From the NCBI GenBank assembly GCA_002269645.1, contig NIVC01001027.1:1-64000 (forward strand): 64,000 nt of DNA, in the 5' to 3' direction. The stretch comes from Macrostomum lignano (taxonomy: Eukaryota). A program made the translations under genes and the position numbers. This document shows positions 47,935 through 60,300 of this stretch, one piece after another (the first letter of the stretch is position 1; each line of letters begins with the position of its first letter). The notes under the pieces are model-generated. The model saw nothing but the letters and a program-made list of their open reading frames with translations. It was not told where the DNA came from and made no database searches.

Positions 47935-49254
47935 CTAAACAAGACTCAAGAGAAATTGCACTCTGAGCCTTAAAATCGCACCTTGAAATTTGGCACAAGG
48001 TGCGATTTTGCACCTTATCTCTGGCGAAAAAAAAAACCCAGGTCAGATACCATTACTGCCCCCTCCACTTTAAAAAAGTGGGGGCCATGGCCCCACTGTC
48101 GCCCCTGTTCCTACGCCTATGACTACTTGTGAAATCGCTGGAGAACATAAAGTAGACCTATCTAAACAGCGCATGCTATGCAATGCTAATTAAATTAGGC
48201 CTAATCGACCTGCCATTGTAGGCAAGTTTGTAGCGTACTTTAATAACTTTCCCGAAATTTCTTCCGATTTCTAAAAGTCAAAAACTATTTCCAGAAACTT
48301 CTTTGAGTTAGCAGCTAATCTATAACATACGCATTTAAATAGTAAATAATTAATTATTACTTAACTATCAATGTTCTAATTGTATTTACGTAATGTATAT
48401 AATTAAAGAGTTATTTCGCTTTGTTAAAATTAGCTGAATCTTTCTAGAAATTTCCGGAAGGCAATAACAAAGCTATAAATACACGGCGGCAGCAGTGAAA
48501 CAAATCACTCTCTCTCTCTCCCCTTGTTTTCTCTTTGATCTAAGTTCCGTTGGTAAATAACTAAATGAACCACCGCCTTGCTCTTATTCAATAATCTATT
48601 AAAGAAAATTCTACAAGTTAAAAAAAGTGACACCGTCGCCATCTTGGATAAGCAGCAATATAAATATACTGCCATTTGTTTGCTGTTTTTTGAAATACAT
48701 TAAGAGAAAGAGAATATACCCTTTGTCAAATCGACGTACAAATCGTCGTCAAATCGACGTACAATTTTGGCAAAACAACCTTGGGGGCCCCTAGCTTTGG
48801 AACTTTCTGCGAAGTCGTTTTTTCTAAATCTTTAAAAAGGTTGTTTGGTATAACAAATTGGGAGCGAATGTAAGTCTGTCGCGAGCGGTTTTGATTATGG
48901 TTCAGTTGCCGCTTTTTTCAGCTGCAATTGTCAAAAAATATGATAGGAGCATATACTATACATGACGTACTGGTACGTAGTACAGACTGTCTGGGATGGC
49001 CGACTGCATTCAACATTTGATATGCTTTCAGTAGTATTCGGCGTATCTGATCTCAGGCCATGCCAATGTCTGCAGGAGTGCGCAGATATGCTTTTAAGTT
49101 CGTTACTATGCCTTGCGACCAGGGACAACTAAAACCCTCGGGACGCGAAACGAGCCAATTCATGGCAAAAAATCTGAGGGGCTCGCTTAAAAGTATTGTT
49201 CTATGGCTTTTTCAAGTCTTCTCTTCTATCAGGCATTAACGGTTAGATTAAATA

Positions 49255-49673
49255 TAGTATTTGTCATGCTATCTCAGCCTAGAGACATCCAAACTCAGCC
49301 AGTCCCATTCCGCAATGCGTTTTTTTGGCTCGAGCTAGTCGACTTTTACCATAGACATGCTTCTTAAGGCCATGCTATCTCAGCCTGGGACATGCAATCT
49401 CAGCCAATATAGATTTCAATTGCAAACAGATCTCAATGCTATCATTTCTATAACGTGACATGAAATGGCAACAAACAGCAATGAATGAACGCAGCAAGAA
49501 AAGTCAGTAAGGGTACGCAACAACGCTGAGATTGCATGTCCCAGGCTGAGATAGCATGGCCTTAAGAAGCATGTCTATGGTAAAACTTGACTGGCTTACG
49601 TAAAAAATCGCACTGTCGAGATGGGCTGGCTGAGTTTGGATGTCTCTAGGCTGAGATAGCATGACAAATACTA
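49255..49673. mobile_element. Tc1/mariner-type MITE (TA TSD, ~150-bp TIRs) nested in the P element
   Basis: TA|TAGTATTTGTCATGCTATCTCAGCCTAGAG... and ...CTCTAGGCTGAGATAGCATGACAAATACTA|TA. Confidence 0.85.
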
Positions 49674-49749
49674 TAGTAAAGCGAGGCAATGTCGAGTATT
49701 TAATTTAAAGAATAGGAACCAGTGATATAATTACAATGTATTTACAATA

Positions 49750-51138
49750 ACACGCCAAACTCAGCCTCAAGTGGATCACTGTGAAAGTCAGCCAGCAGAA
49801 CGTAGCTGATTCGTGGGTCGGACAAAAGAACCTCACACATCTCACAGGCTCCGCGCAGTGAGTTTACTAGCGCTGACTTGGTCTCGGGCGTCAATGAATG
49901 ATGGCGAGCTCGGCTTTTTCCTCAAAGTGTCGAATCAAACGAATCCGCGAGCGCGCTAAGAAATTGTATGCTTTCATCTTGAACGGAATAGACTGGTCGC
50001 CTGTCCGGATCCCGTAGTCGTGCGTGTAGATCAGGATTTTTACAATTGACAATTTTCCAGAATCTCACTATGGTTTTGATAAATTCCGCAGTGTCTGAGT
50101 ATCCATCACACTTCAATGCAGCGGCAACCCTTTCATCGAGAACTTGGAGAGCGAGACTGACTTTAGTTTTCTGAATGCTTGTGGGATAACAGGCCTCATG
50201 AGTTAGACATGTGCGCTTGACTACGTGGTCTTTCTCCATTTGGTACAGGCGTACCACGTCTGACCATTTAGCGGATATCTATCTGTCAGCGCCAGGAGGT
50301 TGAATGCTTAGAATTCCATTCGCTTCCATTTGCCAATTGTTGCGAATGAATTTGATAATGTGAACGAAATCGAACAGCATGAAGAATTCCAACTCCTGTG
50401 CAGCATCCGTTCCAATTCATGGCTTCGCTCTTCCATCGCTAAATAAAGCAAAACACTTGCGGTTGGTAGGGTGATTGTCGCTGACGAGCAACGACACGGC
50501 CACCGTTGTTGTTAATTGCTTTAATACATTGGCTGACGCATTTTCGCAGAAACTCCGCAGACAAAATGCCGGCAAAAAATCAAGCAGCTGAAAAGCGTCC
50601 ATCTCATCGATGTCGCCGCACCTCGCGTCAGAAAGAACACCGCGCTTTTCGGCCTGTCGGTCCTGGTCTAAAATAAGAGTAAAAATAAAAGTAAGATAAT
50701 TGTGAGCGGCAAAATCGATGTAGACGCTAAGTGTTGAGCAATCTTAAGTTACGTACCTTGGTTCTGAACAAAACACGAGCTAGGAACTCCATTGAAAACA
50801 GAAGGAGGATTAATTGGCCTTTCGGTAGAGTTTTTCTTGACCATTGGAGCATCGCTTGGCCAATGCTTTACGCACACGCCCATATTGTCAGTCACTCTCT
50901 AAAATAATAAATTTTGGGTTTCAAGTTGTTTGGACGAGACTGGCATGCAGAATTGAAGCGGAATTATGCAGCAGTAATGACAGCAAATGATCTGGTTTCT
51001 TACCTGGAGAATATTTGGCAGCGCCTTTCTCCATCGCTCTCGCTCCTGTGGATCTCTGGGAAACGCAAATGTCCGTGTTCGAACGGCTTCAGCGTTGTAA
51101 TTTGAAGAGCACGGAAATACGCTGCTCTTTCTTGGCAT
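49750..51138 (-). pseudogene. Spliced THAP-domain P-element-type transposase pseudogene
   Basis: THAP: MPRKSSVFPC..FAFPRDPQERERW (exon ends CAG|GTAAGA), then VCVKHW..PSVF. Core motifs VSDNHPTN, FDFVHIIKFIRNNW, KTKVSLALQV and DFHSDPLEAEFG. Stops, frameshifts, an internal deletion and a C-terminal truncation. Confidence 0.85.
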
Positions 51139-52799
51139 TTCATCAAGTGAATAAAAAATGCTTCTCTTGATATAGTTCAGCTTAGCTTCACTGCTGGCCG
51201 CAGCTAAAGCAATTTTAATTTGCCTGATAGCAGAGAAGACTTGAAAAAGCCATAGAACAATACTTTTAAGCGAGCCCCTCAGATTTTTTGCCATGAATTG
51301 GCTCGTTTCGCGTCCCGAGGGTTTTAGTTGTCCCTGCTTGCGACTTGATGTATATGTATAGGCTCGTGTAGCTGTCGATTTTAGATTTTTGGTTCACATG
51401 CAAACGCTGGTGAAGATGGCATGCAATACCGACGATGTACCTAGCTATACATGGAAGCGATACAGAACTGGGATGCTGAACTTTAACCCGTTTCTCTGCT
51501 GCTTGAAGTCTGTATATTGCATGTCTCTAGGAGCTAAATCTAAAATGTAAACCATGTAAAATAAACTGAGCAGCTTATTCACGCTGGTGGGTGGGTGTAG
51601 GTACATATGATAGATAATGTACACTGTACAACAAATTTCAATGTGTAGAACTTTCCACGGATTTTTTGCTAGATTGGAAGTTTCAGACTCGTATTCTCGT
51701 TTTTTGCTAATGTATATGTCACATGCATTATAGCCACAACTCAGTAACAGTAAGCTTTGCACTGAAGTAGACGATTACTCAGAATTGTTAAAATATTTAG
51801 ACTAACTCCATTCATTGTTTTTACTACATATTGAATTGGTGTTAAACGTGTTTAAAAAGCGTGTCGAACGTTACGCACCCGTGCCAGTCTGCACACTTGC
51901 TAGTTGCCAGTGAACTTTGAAAAAAATCTGGGTTTTTTGAAACTACATGTACGCTCGTATTATTATTAGTTTTTTTCAAAAAGGAGTACTTGGAGGAAAA
52001 CTTTAATAAAGCTAGCTAAAATAAAATGAAACTGAAAAGCTCGTTTTGTAGTATAGATAATTATTTGCAACTAATTTAAAGAACTTCGAAGAATGTTTTG
52101 AAAAGCAACAGTGCGTTTTAGTGATAGCCGCGTTTTATTTTTGATGGCGATCGAGTGTACACAGAACTTTGCGAAATAGCGCCAGCAGGAATCGAATTGT
52201 AATGATTGTTGAAATAGTGTAAGTCACTCCTGCAAGGACTACGTCGATTTTGTCATAAAGATGGTCGACAAGTCCCAATCGAGACAGGCTTTGAAGAAAC
52301 GGTCTTTGGTGTTTGACCAAGCGTTACATTAAATTTAAACTCTGAAAAGGGCATATCTTGACTTTGCTTTGTGTTAAACTCGGCTGCTAACGTACTCATG
52401 CAATGCTTCATTAGTCAAGCCTTCTTTGAAGTGATAACGGAAAGCATCTAATTCGATTGAATGGCCTTCATGACACTCGGCCGTCCGTGAGATCTTTTCT
52501 ATAGTACAATATGTCAAATGAGCATCATATCAATGACGTCTCTCTCGTCACCGCCTGAGTGATTAAATAACCTAGCTAGTACACAGGAACTGCGAAGACT
52601 GTGCCAGTGATTAGATCCGCGATTTGGTAGTGTCTTCGGCAACACTGCCTGTGCTTCCAGCACATCTCGATCTCGTTTTCATGTACAAGCGTAAAAGCTA
52701 GGATCTGAAGACATGCAAAAACACGAAAAATTTATGATTTGTTACGATTTTTTGTGAGAAAAGGGCCAAGATGAATAGGGAATTTTTTAGATCTCAGTG

Positions 52800-54150
52800 T
52801 TCATCGGGGGAATTGCTGAACTTCTGTGGCTCGACCCGATCAAGGCTCACGGGGAAATTGCTGAGATCTCAAGGCTTACGGAGGGATTGCTGAGATGTCA
52901 AGGCTCATGGGGGAATTGCTGAGATCTCAAGGCTTACGGGGGATTGCTGAGATGTCAAGGCTTATGGGGGCATTGCTGAGATGTCAAGGCTTATGGGGGC
53001 ATTGCTGAGATGTCAAGGCTCATGGGGGAATTGCTGAGATGTCAAGGCTCATGGGGGAATTGCTGAGATGTCAAGGCTCATGGGTGAATTGCTGAGATGT
53101 CAAGGCTCATGGGGGAATTGCTGAGATGTCAAGGCTCATGGGGAATTGCTGAGATGTCAAGGCTTACGGGGGAATTGCTGAGATGTCAAGGCTCACGGGG
53201 AAATTGCTGAGATCTCAAGGCTCACGGGAGGATTGCTGAGATGTCAAGGCTCACGAGGAATTTCTGAGATGTCAAGGCTCACGAGGAATTTCTGAGATGT
53301 CAAGGCTCACGAGGAATTGCTGAGATGTCAAGGCTCACGAGGAATTGCTGAGATGTCAAGGCTCATGGGGGCATTGCTGAGATGTCAAGGCTCATGGGGG
53401 CATTGCTGAGATGTCAAGGCTCATGGGGGAATTGCTGAGATGTCAAGGCTCATGGGGGAATTGCTGAGATGTCAAGGCTCATGGGGGAATTGCTGAGATG
53501 TCAAGGCTCATGGGGGCATTGCTGAGATGTCAAGGCTCATGGGGGAATTGCTGAGATGTCAAGGCTCATGGGGGCATTGCTGAGATGTCAAGGCTCATGG
53601 GGGAATTGCTGAGATGTCAAGGCTCATGGGGAATTGCTGAGATGTCAAGGCTTACGGGGGAATTGCTGAGATGTCAAGGCTCACGGGGAAATTGCTGAGA
53701 TCTCAAGGCTCACGGGAGGATTGCTGAGATGTCAAGGCTCACGAGGAATTTCTGAGATGTCAAGGCTCACGAGGAATTTCTGAGATGTCAAGGCTCACGA
53801 GGAATTGCTGAGATGTCAAGGCTCACGAGGAATTGCTGAGATGTCAAGGCTCATGGGGGAATTGCTGAGATGTCAAGGCTCATGGGGGAATTGCTGAGAT
53901 GTCAAGGCTCATGAGGAATTGCTGAGATGTCAAGGCTCATGGGGGAATTGCTGAGATGTCAAGGCTCATGGGGGAATTGCTGAGATGTCAAGGCTCATGA
54001 GGAATTGCTGAGATGTCAAGGCTCATGGGGAATTGCTGAGATGTCAAGGCTCATGGGGGAATTGCTGAGATGTCAAGGCTCATGGGGGAATTGCTGAGAT
54101 GTCAAGGCTCATGGGGGAATTGCTGAGATGTCAAGGCTCCACGGGGAATT
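52800..54150. repeat. 29-bp minisatellite (GCTGAGATGTCAAGGCTCATGGGGGAATT)n, ~46 copies
   Basis: Intergenic tandem array. Confidence 0.97.
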
Positions 54151-54692
54151 GCTTTCATTTTTCTCAAGAAACTAACAAAAGTGATTGTACAAGGCCGAAA
54201 ACTACATGTACTTTATTCAATTTTCTTGCCAATCCTTTTATTTGGGAGCCCTGATTGCTAGTCACCATTTGTGTGGCTCTTGTTTTATACTGATAGAAAG
54301 ATATAATAGGAGAATGTAACGACTTTGCAACGCGACTTTCAGCTGGTTCTCCATTTAGCTAATCCAAACAGAAAGTAATCAGAGATTGTAAGAGTTGTAG
54401 CACGATCAATGTGTGCATATTTAGTTATGCTAAAAGGCTATATAGATGTGAAACTGAAAACGAAAATTTGAAAAATGTGTCGAATAAACATTGTGTGTCG
54501 CTTGTCTATTTATATAGATTTCCCAATCACTACTACAAAATTGTTAAACATAAATTAGACAACAACGATGACTCAGTGCATTCAAACAGTATAGCATTTT
54601 AATATAAATATAGCTTACGGGATATAAATATAGCATTACTTATACAGGACCCACAGATACTAGATGGGCCACTCAGCACATTTGCGTGTCAA

Positions 54693-55033
54693 CTACTTTC
54701 AGTTCAGTAGTAAGTTAAAACAGAAAGCATTTTTAATGTATTTTTAAAGCCAAGGCTCATTTTATTGGCTCTTACCCCCAAGCCTAAACCGTCCAACCGC
54801 GCCTTTCCACGCTACCCCCCGTCCCGCTCTAATTTTTATTGCCTTTCTAGGAATTCCAGCCAAAAGCTACCATGTACATTTCAGTGGACTGGCTAATGTA
54901 CATTATTGCTGAACTAATTAACAAGTTGTTTACGCCTGCAAGCTTGGGCTTCTAAGCTTATCAAATTCATTTCAGCTGCCTTATTATTATAAAATAGCTA
55001 TTGTATTATTCTCTGCTACTGAACTGAAAGTAG
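54693..55033. mobile_element. Possible MITE bounded by a perfect 18-bp inverted repeat
   Basis: CTACTTTCAGTTCAGTAG (54693-54710) / CTACTGAACTGAAAGTAG (55016-55033); only a 2-bp AA flank match. Confidence 0.45.
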
Positions 55034-55664
55034 AAAGCTGTTTTACTAAGCAAACATGCCTATCTAGTTATTTTAGTATCTGTGTGCAGGACTAAATATA
55101 CGAATTTATCACAGAAAAAAGATTTAATTACTTATTTTTTATTTCAAAAAAATTCTGCATTATAGAGGCTTAACTGGAAGCTACGCAAAATTCATAATTT
55201 AATTTGGAAACCGAATTAATTAACTTATTATAAATAATTGCACGAAACAGATTATCAAGTCGACAAGCTGAGGTGATATCGGTGATAAAAATGACCGCCA
55301 AAATATAACAGACTTTTAAAACAAAATTCGAAGATAGCTCTCAATGAATATTATTGCACAATCGATGAAAAAAGAGAGAACACACACGATTTTGTTTCAC
55401 CGCTGTGATCACTAAAATTTGATCATAGCAATTTCATGAAAAATGTAAATAGTTGCAATACAAATTATGGTCCATAATTATGTCATGCGCCAATATCTAC
55501 TAATGTACTGTACTTAAGCTGTTGACAATACGCCAAAGAGTACTAAAACTAAGCTGAGGATGCGAATTTATCTAATCAAATTTGAACAATTTAGCAAGTT
55601 TGAGACCACGAAAAGAATTATACATCAGTACAAGGATATTGTTTTACAAAGCTAGGGTTACTGG

Positions 55665-57055
55665 TGATGCACCCAGATTGTAGGTTTAGAACACCCCGGT
55701 GACCAAGGGTTACTGGGATTGCAATCCAGATTGTACGTTTAGAACACCACGGTGACCAAGGGTTACTGGGATTGCAATCCAGATTGTAGGTTTAGAACAC
55801 CACGGTGACCAAGGGTTACTGGGATTGCAATCCAGATTGTACGTTTAGAACACCACGGTGACCAAGGGTTACTGGGATTAAAATCCAGATTGTAGGTTTA
55901 GAACACCACGGTGACCAAGGGTTACTGGGATTGCAATCCAGATTGTAGGTTTAGAACACCACGGTGACCAAGGGTTACTGGGATTGCAATCCAGATTGTA
56001 GGTTTAGAACACCACGGCGACCAAGGGTTACTGGGATTGCAATCCAGATTGTAGGTTTAGAACACCACGGTGACCAAGGGTTACTGGGATTGCAATCCAG
56101 ATTGTAGGTTTAGAACACCACGGTGACCAAGGGTTACTGGGATTGCAATCCAGATTGTAGGTTTAGAACACCACGGTGACCAAGGGTTACTGGGATTAAA
56201 ATCCAGATTGTAGGTTTAGAACACCACGGTGACCAAGGGTTACTGGGATTGCAATCCAGATTGTAGGTTTAGAACACCACGGTGACCAAGGGTTACTGGG
56301 ATTGCAATCCAGATTGTAGGTTTAGAACACCACGGCGACCAAGGGTTACTGGGATTGCAATCCAGATTGTAGGTTTAGAACACCACGGTGACCAAGGGTT
56401 ACTGGGATTGCAATCCAGATTGTAGGTTTAGAACACCACGGCGACCAAGGGTTACTGGGATTAAAATCCAGATTGTAGGTTTAGAACACCACGGTGACCA
56501 AGGGTTACTGGGATTGAAATCCAGATTGTAGGTTTAGAACACCACGGCGACCAAGGGTTACTGGGATTGCAATCCAGATTGTAGGTTTAGAACACCACGG
56601 TGACCAAGGGTTACTGGGATTGCAATCCAGATTGTAGGTTTAGAACACCACGGCGACCAAGGGTTACTGGGATTGAAATCCAGATTGTAGGTTTAGAACA
56701 CCACGGCGACCAAGGGTTACTGGGATTAAAATCCAGATTGTAGGTTTAGAACACCACGGCGACCAAGGGTTACTGGGATTGCAATCCAGATTGTAGGTTT
56801 AGAACACCACGGTGACCAAGGGTTACTGGGATTGCAATCCAGATTGTAGGTTTAGAACACCACGGTGACCAAGGGTTACTGGGATTGCAATCCAGATTGT
56901 AGGTTTAGAACACCACGGTGACCAAGGGTTACTGGGATTGCAATCCAGATTGTAGGTTTAGAACACCACGGCGACCAAGGGTTACTGGGATTAAAATCCA
57001 GATTGTAGGTTTAGAACACCACGGTGACCAAGGGTTACTGGGATTGCAATCCAAA
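55665..57055. repeat. 53-bp satellite (CCACGGTGACCAAGGGTTACTGGGATTGCAATCCAGATTGTAGGTTTAGAACA)n, ~26 copies
   Basis: Period checked (GTTACTG at 55921 and 55974); internal palindrome GGATTGCAATCC. Confidence 0.97.
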
Positions 57056-57301
57056 ATGAAGGTTTAGAACGCTACGTGGCTAAGATAATTTTCTATCTTA
57101 AACACAATGGTCTCGAAAAAATGATTAGTTGATAAATTGCGGAATAATTCAGATAATAAGCACGGTAGATAAATATTAAAGTGTAAACAATAACAATAAA
57201 CGAAAAACAATAACAACAACGTGTTATTTTATTTTAAAGGAATAGCGTGAAGGAATATTCAAGCTAAGCTAAGCCTACAATATAGTGAATTCAACAGTAA
57301 T

Positions 57302-60300
57302 TCAGCCTTTCAGAACGGCCAAGTACGCCTCGTGCACTCCGGGATAGATTTCAACGTGCCTGGATTTCAAGCTCAAAGTGTAGGCATTAGTCTGCGGCAC
57401 GATTTTCAGTTCGGCCAACACTAAAATGCCGTTAGTGAGCTTCACGCACTGGTACAGCATGTCAGTTGATTCAACGCTACGCTTAGCAATGGTGAACACG
57501 TTAAATGAGCGCAGCATAGTGCTGGCCGTGTCCGCATCGTGAGCATAGGAGCCCAGGTTAAACTGGGTCTCATTCTCTGGCGGGATGTCTTTCCAGGTGG
57601 ACAAAAACACGCGCTTGTCCATGTCGCCCTCCTCAGTGAACAGGGCGTACATTGGGATTAGACAGGCAAAGTAGAATATGTCAATGTTGTTCTTCACCGC
57701 CACCTGCGCATGGGACAGGGAAGCGAAGGGATTAGTGAGGATTTTAAGTGGGATTATCAGCACAATAACACAATGTGCAGCGTCTAAATGTGAATCGATC
57801 AGGATGGCGCCAAATCGATCAGGATGGCGCCAAATCGATCAGGATGACGCCAAATCGATCAGGATGGCGCCAAATCGATTAGGATGGCGCCAAATCTATC
57901 AGAATTACACTGAATCAATAAAGATGGCGCCAAATCGATCAGGATGGCGCCAAATCGATCAGGATGGCGCCAAATCGATCAGGATGGCGCCAAATCTATC
58001 AGAATTACACTGAATCAATAAAGATGGCGCCAAATCGATCAGAATTACACTGAATCAATCAGGATAGAGCCAAATGGATCAAGATGACACCAATTCATTC
58101 AGTATGGCGCCAAATAGATCAGGATGGCGCTAAATCTATCAGAATTACACTGAATCAATAAAGATGGCGCCAAATCGATCAGAATTACACTGAATCAATC
58201 AGGATAGAGCCAAATGGATCAAGATGACACCAATTCATTCAGTATGGCGCCAAATAGATCAGGATGGCGCTAAATCTATCAGAATTACACTGAATCAATA
58301 AAGATGGCGCCAAATCTACCAGAATTACACTGAATCAATAAAGATGGCGCCAAATCTATCAGAATTACACTGAATCAACTAAAGATGGCGCCAAATCGAT
58401 AAGGATGGCGCCAAATCTATCAGGATGGCGCCAAATCTATCAGAATTACACTGAATCAATCAGGATAGAGCCAAATGGATCAAGATGACACCAATTCATT
58501 CAGTTTGGCGCCAAATCGAGCAGGATGGCGCCAGATCAATCGAGATTGCAAACAATTCAAGCAAGACAATGGACAAAAAACTAAAAATATGGCGCCAAAT
58601 ATGTACCGAAATGCAGCTAGTGGCATGGACAGCTCACCTGCAGAGTCAGCAACGGATCCATCTTCTGCACCGGGCCCTTAGTATTCAACGGAAGCAGCGT
58701 GGTGACGCTTTGTTGCGGAGCCAGCGGATTCATGGCCAACGGCTGCGCCGGGGCCAGGCCGAAGCTGTTCTTATTAAACTGCACGGCGAATCCGTTTAAC
58801 TGTTGCATAGCGTTATTTCGCAGCCGCAGCTCCATGCTCAGCTGCGGTCCGCGGCGCAGGAATCGGCCTTCAATTTGCAGGCCCTTGCCTTTCTGGGCCG
58901 GCAGCCACGTCTCCATTGGCGGATCGAAGCCGCCGCCTCCGCCCAGGCCGCCGCCGACGCCGCCGCCTAGACCGCCGAAAATGTCGGCTAAAGAGTCGGC
59001 GCCGCTGCCGCCAGCGGCTGCTGAAGCTCCCGATGGTGGTACAGGCGAGGTGGCCGAGGGAGCCGGACCGCCGAGCTGCAATAATTGAGCGCGACATGAA
59101 ACAAAGTATATAACCGTAGATAAAAGTACATAGTGCAACACACGCTACAAAAGGTAGAATACATATGGAACGAAAAGTACACATGTACCAAACAAAAGTA
59201 CAAATGTACTAAACAAAAGTACACAATGAACATGTACTAAATAAAAGTACAAATGTACTAAATAAAGTACAAATGTACTAAACAAAAGTACTAACGTACT
59301 AAACAAAGGTGCATTTGTACTTAACAAAAGTACATTGTGTACATGTACTAAACAAAAGTACACATGTTCTAAACAAAAGGACATGAGCTATTCAAAAGTA
59401 TAAAAGTTTAACAGAACTTCTTGTATAAATTTATCGCACAAAAAATATATTATAAGCTCAAACTTATGAGCGTCTTTTTTACTTAAAACTATACTGGTAG
59501 TAGTATAAGTACAGATTGATGAGAAATTACATTAACTGTATGGGACATAAAGCAGACAGGAGGTGCACAGAAGGTCAAACAGACCCAGCCACTCTCCCGT
59601 CTCCATCTGATCCCAACTATCAAATTATCAATAGCAATTTAGTCCCGCTAGCGAAGCTCGTCACCAACATTTTGCTTGAGAGCGTCGACAAAGACAAGCA
59701 CTTATTGCGGGACAAAGACTGTAAAAACTTAATTTCTAATAATATAATTGACAAGTGTGAATTTGTCGCAAAAACACAGGTGATTAATCTGGTTCACCAC
59801 CACCAGCATAACCGCGGCATTTGCACCACAGCTAGCTCACCCAGCCAGCCAGTGGCGGCATTAAAATAGGACGGCTTTTCTCATGGGGAGATTCTCGGTG
59901 TGATTTAGAGGGATTTTTAGAGATTAAATAGGGAGATTCTCGGTGAGATGAGATCATAGGGAGATTCGCAGTGACATCATAGAGAGATATTCAGTGTGAT
60001 GATATGAAGATTCTCGGCGAGAGTATATGGTGATTCCCAGTGAGATTATGGGAGATTCTTAGCGAGATTATATGGATATTCTTAGTGAGATTATATAGAG
60101 ATTCTCAGTGAGATTATAGAGATTTTCAGTGAGATTAAATGAAGATTCTAAGCGAGGTTATTGGGAGATTCTCAGTGAGATTATAGGGAGATTTTCAGTG
60201 AGATTATAAAGAGATTTTAAGTGTGATTTAGGGATATTTTTAGAGATATTAAATAGGGAGACATTCAGCGAGATCATAGCGAGATTCTCAATGAGATTAT

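Larger units (their letters stand above)
45171..48041. mobile_element. Inner hAT-like non-autonomous element (nest level 2)
   Basis: 8-bp TSD GTCAGATA at 45163-45170 and 48042-48049; TIRs CAGGGTTTTTTTTTT / AAAAAAAAAACCCAG (one mismatch); AAAATCGCACC subterminal motifs at both ends. Confidence 0.88.
44765..48121. mobile_element. Outer hAT-like non-autonomous element (nest level 1)
   Basis: 8-bp TSD ACTACTTG at 44757-44764 and 48122-48129; TIRs CATAGGCATAGG / CCTACGCCTATG. Confidence 0.85.
49120..51336 (-). mobile_element. P-superfamily (THAP) DNA transposon, deletion derivative, 116-bp TIRs, 8-bp TSD
   Basis: TIRs 49120-49235 and 51221-51336 (CAGGGACAACTAAAACCC..., one mismatch); TSD CTTGCGAC at 49112-49119 and 51337-51344. 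Confidence 0.93.

Noticed and set aside
50899-51294. 131-aa ORF starting MAKNLRGSL
   Set aside because: Its start lies in the TIR. Only the part from ATG 51138 to the donor at ~51003 is THAP-coding; the rest is intron read-through.
52130-52700. Possible decayed minus-strand coding sequence
   Set aside because: Multiple stops in all frames and no recognisable motif; cannot be supported without a database search.
55665-57055. CRISPR-like array (palindromic repeat)
   Set aside because: Units are head-to-tail with no unique spacers, there are no cas genes, and the context is eukaryotic.
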